The translations under genes and the position numbers were made by a program. Positions 28,301-42,599 of a stretch of 64,000 bases of DNA are shown one piece after another; position 1 is the stretch's first letter; each line of letters opens with the position of its first letter. Origin of the DNA: the human T2T-CHM13v2.0 reference genome, Homo sapiens; assembly GCF_009914755.1 (NCBI RefSeq), contig NC_060939.1; one strand, given 5' to 3'. The notes below the pieces were generated by a model, which ran no database searches, had not been told where the DNA came from, and saw nothing but the letters and a program-made list of their open reading frames with translations.

Positions 28301-31300
28301 ATTGTATTTCATTCGATTCCATTCTATTCAAATAAATTCCATTCGAGACCATTCCTTTCATGTCCATTCTATTTGAGTCCATTCCATTCGAGTCCATTAT
28401 ATTTGGGTCCATTCCGTTCAATTCCATTGCAATCGATTCCATTCGATGTCACTCCATTCATTTCTATTCCATTAGAGTCCATGTCATTCGAGTCCATTCC
28501 ATTCTATTCTATTCCACTCCATTCCATTCCATTTCATTCCATTCCATTCGTTGCCGTTCCATTCAATTCTATTATATTCCACTCCATTTAATTCCATTCC
28601 ATTCCATTCCATTCCATTCTATTCCATTCTATCCAATTCCGTTCCATTCTATTCCTTTAAAGTCCATTCCATTCCATTCCATTCGTTTCCATTCCATTCG
28701 AGTAAAGTCCACTCCAGTCCTTTCCATTCGAGTCCATTCCTCTCCAGTCCATTCCGTTCAATCCATTCCATTCCAGTCCATTCCATTCGAGTCCGTTCCA
28801 TTCCAGTCCATTCCATTCGAGTCAATTCCATTCCATTCGATATCTTTCCATAACGATCCATTCCATTCTATTCCTTTCGATTCCATTCAATTCCATTCCA
28901 TTCTATTCCCTTCCATTGGACTCCTTTCCATTCGAGTGCATTCCATTCCGTTCCATTTCTTTCTGTTCTGTATGATTCCTACCGTTCGATTTCATTTTGT
29001 TCCAGTCTATTCCTTTCACGTCCATTCCATTCCATTTCACTCCATTCGATTCCATTCCACTCGATTCCCCTCCGTTCCATTTCATTGCATTCCATTCTAT
29101 TCAATTCTATTGCATTCCATTCCATTCCATTTGATTACATTCCATGCGATTCCATTCGAATTCAAATCAATTACATTGAAATCCATTACTATTGAGTCCG
29201 TTTTACTCCAGTCCACTCCATTCTGCTCCATTCCATTTGATTCCATTCCATTCTATTCCATTCTGTACAGTTGCATTCCATTGGATTCCATTCTATATCT
29301 ATAAATGCAACTCGAGACCATTGCTTTTGAGTCCATTCTATATGATTCCATTCCATTCAAGTCCATTACATTTGGTTCAATTCCATTCCATTCCATTCCC
29401 TTCCATTCCATTCCATTTGATATCAATCCATTCGATTCCATTCCATTCGAGCACATTCCAATCGAGTCCATTCCATTCGATGCCATTCCATTTGATTCTA
29501 TTCCATTAGACTCCATTCAATTCCATTAATCTCCATTCCATTCCATTCTACTCCAACTGATTCCATTCCATTCTATTCCTTTCCATTCCATTCCATTCCA
29601 TTTGCTTCTATTCCATTCGTGTCCATTCCACTCCAGTCCATTCCATTCGTGTCCATTCCATTCCAGTCCATTCCATTTGTGTCCACTGCATTCCATTCCA
29701 CTCCATTCCATATTATTCCATTACACTCCATTCCATTCTATTACTTTCATTTCCATTCAGTTCCATTCCATTTGATTCCATTCCACTCGGTTTCACTCCA
29801 TTTGAGTCCATTCCATTCCATTCCATTCCATTCTGTTCCATTCCATTCCATTCCATTCCATTCCATTCCATTCCATTCGGTACCATTCCATATTGTTCCA
29901 TTCGATTCCATTCGAATCCATTCCATTCCAGTCCATTCCATTCGATTCCATTCCATTCCTTTCAATTCCATTCCATTCCATTCGATTCCACTTGATTCCA
30001 CTCCATTCCCTTCCACTGCATTCCATTCGATTCCATTCCATTGCATTGCATTCCATTCCTTTGTATTGCATTCCATTCGAATCAATTACATAGCAATCCA
30101 TTACATTCGAGTCTGTTCTATTCCGTTGCACTCGATTTCGTTCCAATCCATTCGATTCCATTCCATTCGATTCCATTCCATACTATTGCATTCCATTCGA
30201 TTAAATTATATTCGAATAAATTCCATTCAAGACCATGTCTGTTGAGTCCATTCTACTTGAGTCCATTCCCTTTGATTCCATAACATTGGAGTCCATTCAA
30301 TTCCATTCCTTTCGTTTCCATTCCATTTGATGCCATTCCATTCAATTCTGTTCTACTCGACTCCAATACATTCAATTCCATTCCATCCGATTCCATTACA
30401 TTCTTTTCATTTCTTATCCATTTCAAGCCATTCCATTCCATTCCATTCCACTCGTTTCCTTTCCATTCGAGTCCATTCCACTCCAGTCCATTCCATTCGA
30501 ATCCATTTCACTCCAGTCCATTCCATTCGAATCCGTTTCACTCCAGTCCATTAAATTCGAGTACATTCCATTCCATTCTATTCAATGCCATTCCATTCGA
30601 TTCTATTCCATTCGACACCATTCCTTTCCATTCCGTTCCATCCGATTCCATTACATTGTATTCCATTCAATTCCATTCCATTGCATTCCATTCTTTTCCA
30701 TTCCATTCGAATTCATTCCACTCAAGTCCATTCCATTCGAGTCCATTCCATTCGATATCATTCCACACTATTGCATTCCATTCGATTCCATTGTTTTCGA
30801 ATAAATTCCAACCGAGACCATTCCTTTTGTGTCCTTTCTATTTGACTGCATTCCATTTGAGTCCATTAAATTTCTGCACATTCCATTCCTTTCCATTCCA
30901 TTCCATTCCATTCCTTTCGGTGCCATTCCATTCCACTCTAATCCATTCAAGTCCATTCCATTTGAGTCCATTCCATTGATTCGATGCCATTACATTCAAT
31001 TCTATTCCATTCGAATCCATTCCATTCCATTTCCTTCCAAACGATTCCATTACATTCTATTACTTTCTATTCCAATCCATTCCATTCCGTTCCATTCGTT
31101 TCCATTCCATTCGAGTCCACTCCATTCCAGTCCATTCCATTCGATTCCATTCCATTCCAGTCCATTCCATTCAAGTCCATTCCACTGCATTCCACTCCAT
31201 TCGATATCTTTTGATAACACCCCATTCCATTCTGCTCCTTACAATTCAATTCAATTCCAGTCCATTTGATTCCATTCCATTTGATTACATTCCATTCGAC

Positions 31301-34300
31301 TCCATTCCATTCGACTCTATTCCATTCGAGTCCATTCCATTCCATTCCATTGCATTCCGTTCGAATCCCTATTCCATTCCATTTTGTTACTGTCCATTCC
31401 ATTTGAGTCCATTCCATGCCAAACCATTCCATTCGATTCCATTCCAATAGATTCCATTGCAATCGAATCCAGTGCGTTCCATTCCATTGCTTTCCATTCC
31501 ATTACATTCCATTGCATTACATTCCATTCCATTTGATTGCATTCCATTCAATTCCATTAATTTCGAATCAATTACATTGCAATCCATTGCATTAGAGTTC
31601 TATTCCAGTCCATTGCATTCTGGCGCATTCCGTTCCATTCCATTCCATTCGATTCCGTTCCATTCGAATCGATTGCATTGCAATGCTTTACATTCGAGTC
31701 CGTTTTATTCCAGTCCAATCCATTCCGGTCCATTCCGTTCGATTCCATTCCATTCGATGCCACTCCATACTATTGTATTTCATTCGATTCCATTCTATTC
31801 AAATAAATTCCATTCGAGACCATTCCTTTCGAGTCCATTCTATTTGAGTCCATTCCATTCGAGTACATTATATTTGGGTCCATTCCATTCAATTCCATTG
31901 CAATAGATTCCATTCGATGTCACTCCATTCATTTCTATTCCATTAGAGTCCATGTCATTCGAGTTCATTCCATTCTATTCTATTCCACTCCATTCCATTC
32001 CATTCCACTCCATTCCATTCGTTGCCGTTCCATTCAATTCTATTATATTCCACTCCATTTAATTCCATTCCATTCCATTCCATTCTATTCCATTCTATCC
32101 AATTCCGTTCCATTCTATTCCTTTAAAGTCCATTCCATTCCATTCCATTCGTTTCCATTCCATTCGAGTAAAGTCCACTCCAGTCCTTTCCATTCGAGTC
32201 CATTCCTCTCCAGTCCATTCCGTTCAATCCATTCCATTCCAGTCCATTCCATTCGAGTCCGTTCCATTCCAGTCCATTCCATTCGAGTCAATTCCATTCC
32301 ATTCGATATCTTTCCATAACGATCCATTCCATTCTATTCCTTTCGATTCCATTCAATTCCATTCCATTCTATTTCATTCCATTCGATTCCCTTCCATTGG
32401 ACTCCTTTCCATTCGAGTGCATTCCATTCCGTTCCATTTCTTTCTGTTCTGTATGATTCCTACCTTTCGATTTCATTTTGTTCCAGTCTATTCCTTTCAC
32501 GTCCATTCCATTCCATTTCTCTCCATTCGATTCCATTCCACTCGATTCCCCTCCGTTCCATTTCATTGCATTCCATTCTATTCAATTCTATTGCATTCCA
32601 TTCCATTCCATTTGATTACATTCCATGCGATTCCATTCGAATTCGAATCAATTACATTGAAATCCATTACTATTGAGTCCGTTTTACTCCAGTCCACTCC
32701 ATTCTGCTCCATTCCATTTGATTCCATTCCATTCTATTCCATTCCGTACAGTTGCATTCCATTGGATTCCATTCTATATCTATAAATGCAACTCGAGACC
32801 ATTGCTTTTGAGTCCATTCTATATGATTCCATTCCATTCAAGTCCATTACATTTGGTTCAATTCCATTCCATTCCATTCCCTTCCATTCCATTCCATTTG
32901 ATATCAATCCATTCGATTCCATTCCATTCGAGCACATTCCAATCGAGTCCATTCCATTCGATGCCATACCATTTGATTCTATTCCATTAGACTCCATTCA
33001 ATTCCATTAATCTCCATTCCATTCCATTCTACTCCAACTGATTCCATTCCATTCTATTCCTTTCCATTCCATTCCATTCCATTCGCTTCTATTCCATTCG
33101 TGTCCATTCCACTCCAGTCCATTCCATTCGTGTCCATTCCATTCCAGTCCATTCCATTTGTGTCCACTGCATTCCATTCCACTCCATTCCATATTATTCC
33201 ATTACACTCCATTCCATTCTATTACTTTCATTTCCATTCAGTTCCATTCCATTTGATTCCATTCCACTCGGTTTCACTCCACTTGAGTCCATTCCATTCC
33301 ATTCCATTCCATTCTGTTCCATTCCATTCCATTCCATTCCATTCCATTCCATTCCATTCGGTACCATTCCATATTGTTCCATTCGATTCCATTCGAATCC
33401 ATTCCATTCCAGTCCATTCCATTCGATTCCATTCCATTCCTTTCAATTCCATTCTATTCCATTCGATTCCACTTGATTCCACTCCATTCCCTTCCACTGC
33501 ATTCCATTCGATTCCATTCCATTGCATTGCATTCCATTCCATTGGATTGCATTCCATTCGATTCCATTCCATTCGAATCAATTACATAGCAATCCATTAC
33601 ATTCGAGTCTGTTCTATTCCGTTGCACTCGATTTCGTTCCAATCCATTCGATTCCATTCCATTCGATTCCATTCCATACTATTGCATTCCATTCGATTAA
33701 ATTATATTCGAATAAATTCCATTCAAGACCATTTCTGTTGAGTCCATTCTACTTGAGTCCATTCCCTTTGATTCCATAACATTGGAGTCCATTCAATTCC
33801 ATTCCTTTCGTTTCCATTCCATTTGATGCCATTCCATTCAATTCTGTTCTACTCGACTCCAATACATTCAATTCCATTCCATCCGATTCCATTACATTCT
33901 TTTCATTTCTTATCCATTTCAAGCCATTCCAGTCCATTCCATTCCACTCGTTTCCTTTCCATTCGAGTCCATTCCACTCCAGTCCATTCCATTCGAATCC
34001 ATTTCACTCCAGTCCATTCCATTCGAATCCGTTTCACTCCAGTCCATTAAATTCGAGTACATTCCATTCCATTCTATTCAATGCCATTCCATTCGATTCT
34101 ATTCCATTCGACACCATTCCTTTCCATTCCGTTCCATCCGATTCCATTCCATTGTATTCCATTCCATTGCATTCCATTACATTCCATTCGTTTCCATTCC
34201 ATTCGAATTCATTCCACTCAAGTCCATTCCATTCGAGTCCATTCCATTCGATATCATTCCATACTATTGCATTCCATTCGATTCCATTGTTTTCGAATAA

Positions 34301-37070
34301 ATTCCAACCGAGACCATTCCTTTTGTGTCCTTTCTATTTGACTGCATTCCATTTGAGTCCATTAAATTTCTGCACATTCCATTCCTTTCCATTCCATTCC
34401 ATTCCATTCCTTTCGTAGCCATTCCATTCCACTCTACTCCATTCAAGTCCATTCCATTTGAGTCCATTCCATTGATTCGATGCCATTACATTCAATTCTA
34501 TTCCATTCGAATCCATTCCTTTCCATTTCCTTCCAAACGATTCCATTCCATTCTATTACTTTCTATTCCAATCCATTCCATTCCGTTCCATTCGTTTCCA
34601 TTCCATTCGAGTCCACTCCATTCCATTCCATTCCATTCGATTCCATTCCATTCCAGTCCATTCCATTCAAGTCCATTCCACTCCATTGCATTCCATTCGA
34701 TATCTTTGATAACACCCCATTCCATTCTGCTCCTTACAATTCAATTCAATTCCAGTCCATTTGATTCCATTCCATTTGATTACATTCCATTCGACTCCAT
34801 TCCATTCGACTCTATTCCATTCGAGTCCATTCCATTCCATTCCATTGCATTCCGTTCGAATCCCTATTCCATTCCATTTTGTTACTGTCCATTCCATTGG
34901 AGTCCATTCCATGCCAAACCATTCCATTCGATTCCATTCCAATAGGTTCAATTGCACTCGAATCCAGTGCGTTCCATTCCATTGCTTTCCATTCTATTAC
35001 ATTCCATTGCATTACATTCCATTCCATTTGATTGCATTCCATTCAATTCCATTAACTTCGAATCAATTACATTGCAAACCATTGCATTAGAGTTCTATTC
35101 CAGTCCATTGCATTCCGGCGCATTCCGTTCCATTCCATTCCATTCGATTCCGTTCCATTCGAATCGATTGCATTGCAATGCTTTACATTCGAGTCCGTTT
35201 TATTCCAGTCCAATCCATTCCGTTCCATTCCGTTCGATTCCATTCCATTCGATGCCACTCCATACTATTGTATTTCATTCGATTCCATTCTATTCAAATA
35301 AATTCCATTCGAGACCATTCCTTTCGAGTCCATTCTATTTGAGTCCATTCCATTCGAGTCCATTATATTTGGGTCCATTCCATTCAATTCCATTGCAATC
35401 GATTCCATTCGATGTCACTCCATTCATTTCTATTCCATTAGAGTCCATGTCATTCGAGTTCATTCCATTCTATTCTATTCCACTCCATTCCATTCCATTC
35501 CATTCCACTCCATTCCATTCGTTGCCGTTCCATTCAATTCTATTATATTCCACTCCATTTAATTCCATTCCATTCCATTCCATTCCATTCCATTCCATTC
35601 TATCCAATTCCGTTCCATTCTATTCCTTTAAAGTCCATTCCATTCCATTCTATTCGTTTCCATTCCATTCGAGTAAAGTCCACTCCACTCCTTTCCATTC
35701 GATTCCATTCCTCTCCAGTCCATTCCGATCAATCCATTCCATTCCAGTCCATTCCATTCAAGTCCGTTCCATTCCAGTCCATTCCATTCGAGTCAATTCC
35801 ATTCCATTCGATATCTTTCCATAACGATCCATTCCATTCTATTCCTTTCAATTCCATTCAATTCCATTCCATTCTATTTCATTCCATTCGATTCCCTTCC
35901 ATTGGACTCCTTTCCATTCGAGTGCATTCCATTCCGTTCCATTTCTTTCTGTTCTGTATGATTCCTACCTTTCAATTTCATTTTTTTCCAGTCTATTCCT
36001 TTCACGTCCATTCCATTCCATTTCACTCCATTCAATTCCATTCCACTCGATTCCCCTCCGTTCCATTTCATTGCATTCCATTCTATTCAATTCTATTGCA
36101 TTCCATTCCATTCCATTTGATTACATGCCATGCGATTCCATTCGAATTCGAATCAATTACATTGAAATCCATTACTATTGAGTCCGTTTTACTCCAGTCC
36201 ACTCCATTCTGCTCCATTCCATTTGATTCCATTCCATTCTATTCCATTCCGTACAGTTGCATTCCATTGGATTCCATTCTATATCTATAAATGCAACTCG
36301 AGACCATTGCTTTTGAGTCCATTCTATATGATTCCATTCCATTCAAGTCCATTACATTTGGTTCAATTCCATTCCATTCCATTCCCTTCCATTCCATTCC
36401 ATTTGATATCAATCCATTCGATTCCGTTCCATTCGAGCACATTCCAATCGAGTCCATTCCATTTGATGCCATTCCATTTGATTCTATTCCATTAGACTCC
36501 ATTCAATTCCATTAATCTCCATTCCATTCCATTCTACTCCAACTGATTCCATTCCATTCTATTCCTTTCCATTCCATTCCATTCCATTCGCTTCTATTCC
36601 ATTCGTGTCCATTCCACTCCACTCCATTCCATTCGTGTCCATTCCATTCCAGTCCATTCCATTTGTGTCCACTGCATTCCATTCCACTCCATTCCATATT
36701 ATTCCATTACACTCCATTCCATTCTTTTACTTTCATTTACATTCAGTTCCATTCCATTTGATTCCATTCCACTCGGTTTCACTCCATTTGAGTCCATTCC
36801 ATTCCATTCCATTCCATTCTGTTCCATTCCATTCCATTCCATTCCATTCCATTCCATTCGGTACCATTCCATACTGTTCCATTCGATTCCATTCGAATCC
36901 ATTCCATTCCAGTCCATTCCATTCGATTCCATTCCATTCCTTTCAATTCCATTCCATTCCATTCGATTCCACTTGATTCCACTCCATTCCATTCCACTGC
37001 ATTCCATTCGATTCCATTCCATTGCATTGCATTCCATTCCATTGGATTGCATTCCATTCGATTCCATTCC
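19315..37070 (+). repeat. 19,314-bp super-repeat, copy 2 (incomplete, ends at a deletion junction near 37070)
   Basis: Shares rare variants with copy 1 at the same offset (TCCAATCTATACC, CTAGTAAAG, CTACGTGAG, CCTTTGTATTGC, GCAATAGATT, TTCGTAGCC, ATAGGTTCAA). More differences and 5n indels appear beyond ~33.3 kb. Confidence 0.9.
19985..21899 (+). repeat. Second copy of the 1,915-bp deleted A unit (junction ~20235-20245)
   Basis: Same junction sequence as at ~925, offset +19,314. Confidence 0.9.
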
Positions 37071-37306
37071 ATTCTATCCAATTCCGTTCCATTCTATTCC
37101 TTTAAAGTCCATTCCATTCCATTCCATTCGTTTCCATTCCATTCGAGTAAAGTCCACTCCAGTCCTTTCCATTCGAATCCATTCCTCTCCAGTCCATTCC
37201 GTTCAATCCATTCCATTCCAGTCCATTCCATTCGAGTCCGTTCCACTCCAGTCCATTCCATTCGAGTCAATTCCATTCCATTCGATGTCTTTCCATAACG
37301 ATCCAT
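35833..37306 (+). repeat. Internally deleted A unit, 1,474 bp (junction ~37070, ~2.0 kb missing)
   Basis: ATTGGATTGCATTCCATTCGATTCCATTCCATTC is followed directly by TATCCAATTCCGTTCC...CCTTTAAAG instead of GAATCAATTACATAGC. Confidence 0.9.
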
Positions 37307-38150
37307 TCCATTCTATTCCTTTCGATTCCATTCAGTTCTATTTCATTCCATTCGATTCCCTTCCATTGGACTGCTTTCCATTCGAGTGCATTCCATTCCG
37401 TTCCATTTCTTTCCGTTCTGTACGATTCCTACCGTTCGATTTCATTTTGTTCCAGTCCATTCCTTTCGCGTCCATTCCATTCCATTTCACTCCATTCGAT
37501 TCCATTCCATTCGATTCCATTCCACTCGATTCCACTTCGTTCCATTTCATTGCATTCCATTCTATTCAACTCTATTTCCTTCCATTCCATTCCATTCGAT
37601 TACATTCCATGCGATTCCATTCGACATCGAATCAATTACATTGCAATCCATTACTATTGAGTCCGTTTTATTCCAGTCCACTGCATTCTGGTCCATTCCA
37701 TTTGATTCCATTCCATTCTATTCCATTCCATACAGTTGCATTCCATAGGATTCCATTCTATATCTATAAATTCAATTCGAGACCATTGCTTTGGAGTCCA
37801 TTCTATATGATTCCATTCCATTCATGTCCATTACATTTGGGTCCATTCCATTCCATTCCATTAACTTCCATTCCATTCCATTTGATATCAATCCATTCGA
37901 TTCCATTCCATTCGAGCACATTCCATTCGAGTCCATTCCATTCGATGCCATTCCATTTGATTCTATTCCATTAGTCTCCATTCAATTCCATTAATCTCCA
38001 TTCCATTCCATTCTACTCCAACTGATTCAATTCCATTCTATTGCTTTCCATTCCATTTCATTCCATTAGGTTCTATTTCATTCCATTTCATTCCATTCCA
38101 TTCCATTTCATTCCATTCCATTCCATTCGCATCCATTCCTTTCGTGTCCA
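37280..38150 (+). repeat. B-type/diverged satellite segment embedded in domain A
   Basis: Carries domain-B alleles GATGTCTTTCC, TTCCGTTCTGTACGA, CCTTTCGCGTCC, CCACTTCGTT, TCAACTCTAT, CCACTGCATTCTGGTCC, CATACAGTTG, AAATTCAATTCGAGACC and TAGTCTCC, plus private changes. Confidence 0.85.
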
Positions 38151-41100
38151 TTCCACTCCAGTCCATTCCATTCGTATGCATTCCATTCCAGTCCATTCCA
38201 TTTGTGTCCACTGCATTCCATTCCACTCCATTCCATATTATTCCATTACACTCCATTCCATTCTATTACTTTCATTTCCATTCAGTTCCATTCCATTTGA
38301 TTCCATTCCACTCGGTTTCACTCCATTTGAGTCCATTCCATTCCATTCCATTCCATTCTGTTCCATTCCATTCCATTCCATTCCATTCCATTTGGTACCA
38401 TTCCATATTGTTCCATTCGATTCCATTCGAATCCATTCCATTCCAGTCCATTCCATTCGATTCCATTCCATTCCTTTCAATTCCATTCCATTCCATTCGA
38501 TTCCACTTGATTCCACTCCATTCCCTTCCACTGCATTCCATTCGATTCCATTCCATTGCATTGCATTCCATTCCATTGGATTGCATTCCATTCGATTCCA
38601 TTCCATTCGAATCAATTACATAGCAATCCATTACATTCGAGTCTGTTCTATTCCGTTGCACTCGATTTCGTTCCAATCCATTCGATTCCATTCCATTCGA
38701 TTCCATTCCATACTATTGCATTCCATTCGATTAAATTATATTCGAATAAATTCCATTCAAGACCATTTCTGTTGAGTCCATTCTACTTGAGACCATTCCC
38801 TTTGATTCCATAACATTTGAGTCCATTCAATTCCATTCCTTTCGTTTCCATTCCATTTGATGCCATTCCATTCAATTCTGTTCTACTCGACTCCAATACA
38901 TTCAATTCCATTCCATCCGATTCCATTACATTCTTTTCATTTCTTATCCATTTCAAGCCATTCCATTCCATTCCATTCCACTCGTTTCCTTTCCATTCGA
39001 GTCCATTCCTCTCCAGTCCATTCCATTCGAATCCATTTCACTCCAGTCCATTCCTTTCGAATCCGTTTCACTCCAGTCCATTAAATGCGAGTACATTCCA
39101 TTCCATTCTATTCAATGCCATTCCATTCGATTCTATTCCATTCGACACCATTCCTTTCCATTCCGTTCCATCCGATTCCATTCCATTGTATTCCATTCAA
39201 TTCCATTCCATTCGTTTCCATTCCATTCGAATTCATTCCACTCAAGTCCATTCCATTCGAGTCCATTCCATTCGATATCATTCCATACTATTGCATTCCA
39301 TTCGATTCCATTGTTTTCGAATAAATTCCAACCGAGACCATTCCTTTTGTGTCCTTTCTATTTGACTGCATTCCATTTGAGTCCATTAAATTTCTGCACA
39401 TTCCATTCCTTTCCATTCCTTTCCATTCCATTCCTTTCGGTGCCATTCCATTCCACTCTACTCCATTCAAGTCCATTCCATTTGAGTCCATTCCATTGAT
39501 TCGATGCCATTACATTCAATTCTATTTCATTCGAATCCATTCCATTCCATTTCCTTCCAAACGATTCCATTCCATTCTATTACTTTCTATTCCAATCCAT
39601 TCCATTTCGTTCCATTCGTTTCCATTCCATTCGAGTCCACTCCATTCCAGTCCATTCCATTCGATTCCATTCCATTCCAGTCCATTCCATTCAAGTCCAT
39701 TCCACTCCATTCCATTCCATTCGATATCTTTTGATAACACCCCATTCCATTCTGCTCCTTACAATTCAATTCAATTCCAGTCCATTTGATTCCATTCCAT
39801 TTGATTACATTCCATTCGACTCCATTCCATTCGACTCTATTCCATTCGAGTCCATTCCATTCCATTCCATTCCATTGCATTCCGTTCGAATCCCTATTCC
39901 ATTCCATTTTGTTACTGTCCATTCCATTTGAGTCCATTCCATGCCAAACCATTCCATTCGATTCCATTCCAATAGATTCCATTGCACTCGAATCCAGTGC
40001 GTTCCATTCCATTGCTTTCCATTCTATTACATTCCATTGCATTACATTCCATTCCATTTGATTGCATTCCATTCAATTCCATTAATTTCGAATCAATTAC
40101 ATTGCAATCCATTGCATTCGAGTTCTATTCCAGTCCATTGCATTCCGGCGCATTCCGTTCCATTCCATTCCATTCGATTCCGTTCCATTCGAATCGATTG
40201 CATTGCAATGCATTACATTCGAGTCCGTTTTATTCCAGTCCAATCCATTCCGGTCCATTCCGTTCGATTCCATTCCATTCGATGCCACTCCATACTATTG
40301 TATTTCATTGGATTCCATTCTATTCAAATAAATTCCGTTCGAGACCATTCCTTTCATGTCCATTCTATTTGAGTCCATTCCATTCGAGTCCATTATATTT
40401 GGGTCCATTCCGTTCAATTCCATTGCAATCGATTCCATTCGATGTCACTCCATTCATTTCTATTCCATTAGAGTCCATGTCATTCGAGTCCATTCCATTC
40501 TATTCTATTCCACTCCATTCCATTCCATTCCACTCCATTCCATTCGTTGCCGTTCCATTCAATTCTATTATATTCCACTCCATTTAATTCCATTCCATTC
40601 CATTCCATTCTATTCCATTCTGTCCAATTCCGTTCCATTCTATTCCTTTAAAGTCCATTCCATTCCATTCCATTCGTTTCCATTCCATTCGAGTAAAGTC
40701 CACTCCAGTCCTTTCCATTCGAGTCCATTCCTCTCCAGTCCATTCCGTTCAATCCATTCCATTCCAGTCCATTCCATTCGAGTCCGTTCCATTCCAGTCC
40801 ATTCCATTCGAGTCAATTCCATTCCATTCAATATCTTTCCATAACGATCCATTCCATTCTATTCCTTTCGATTCCATTCAATTCCATTCCATTCTATTTC
40901 ATTCCATTCGATTCCCTTCCATTGGACTCCTTTCCATTCGAGTGCATTCCATTCCGTTCCATTTCTTTCTGTTCTGTATGATTCCTACCGTTCGATTTCA
41001 TTTTGTTCCAGTCTATTCCTTTCACGTCCATTCCATTCCATTTCACTCCATTCGATTCCATTCCACTCGATTCCCCTCCGTTCCATTTCATTGCATTCCA

Positions 41101-42599
41101 TTCTATTCAATTCTATTGCATTCCATTCCATTCCATTTGATTACATTCCATGCGATTCCATTCGAATTCGAATCAATTACATTGAAATCCATTACTATTG
41201 AGTCCGTTTTACTCCAGTCCACTCCATTCTGCTCCATTCCATTTGATTCCATTCCATTCTATTCCATTCCGTACAGTTGCATTCCATTGGATTCCATTCT
41301 ATATCTATAAATGCAACTCGAGACCATTGCTTTTGAGTCCATTCTATATGATTCCATTCCATTCAAGTCCATTACATTTGGTTCAATTCCATTCCATTCC
41401 ATTCCCTTCCATTCCATTCCATTTGATATCAATCCATTCGATTCCATTCCATTCGAGCACATTCCAATCGAGTCCATTCCATTCGATGCCATTCCATTTG
41501 ATTCTATTCCATTAGACTCCATTCAATTCCATTAATCTCCATTCCATTCCATTCTACTCCAACTGATTCCATTCCATTCCATTTCATTCCATTCCATTCC
41601 ATTCCATTCCATTCCATTCCATTCTTGTCCATTCCACTCCAGTCCATTCCATTCGTGTCCATTCCATTCCAGTCCATTCCATTTGTGTCCACTGCATTCC
41701 ATTCCACTCCATTCCATATTATTCCATTACACTCCATTCCATTCTATTACTTTCATTTCCATTCAGTTCCATTCCATTTGATTCCATTCCACTCGGTTTC
41801 ACTCCATTTGAGTCCATTCCATTCCATTCCATTCCATTCTGTTCCATTCCATTCCATTCCATTCCATTCCATTCGGTACCATTCCATATTGTTCCATTCG
41901 ATTCCATTCGAATCCATTCCATTCCAGTCCATTCCATTCGATTCCATTCCATTCCTTTCAATTCCATTCCATTCCATTCGATTCCACTTGATTCCACTCC
42001 ATTCCCTTCCACTGCATTCCATTCGATTCCATTCCATTGCATTGCATTCCATTCCATTGGATTGCATTCCATTCGATTCCATTCCATTCGAATCAATTAC
42101 ATAGCAATCCATTACATTCGAGTCTGTTCTATTCCGTTGCACTCGATTTCGTTCCAATCCATTCGATTCCATTCCATTCGATTCCATTCCATACTATTGC
42201 ATTCCATTCGATTAAGTTATATTCGAATAAATTCCATTCAAGACCATGTCTGTTGAGTCCATTCTACTTGAGTCCATTCCCTTTGATTCCATAACATTTG
42301 AGTCCATTCAATTCCATTCCTTTCGTTTCCATTCCATTTGATGCCATTCCATTCAATTCTGTTCTACTCGACTCCAATACATTCAATTCCATTCCATCCG
42401 ATTCCATTACATTCTTTTCATTTCTTATCCATTTCAAGCCATTCCATTCCATTGCATTCCACTCGTTTCCTTTCCGTTCGAGTCCATTCCACTCCAGTCC
42501 ATTCCATTCGAATCCATTTCACTCCAGTCCATTCCATTCGAATCCGTTTCACTCCAGTCCATTAAATTCGAGTACATTCCATTCCATTCTATTCAATGC

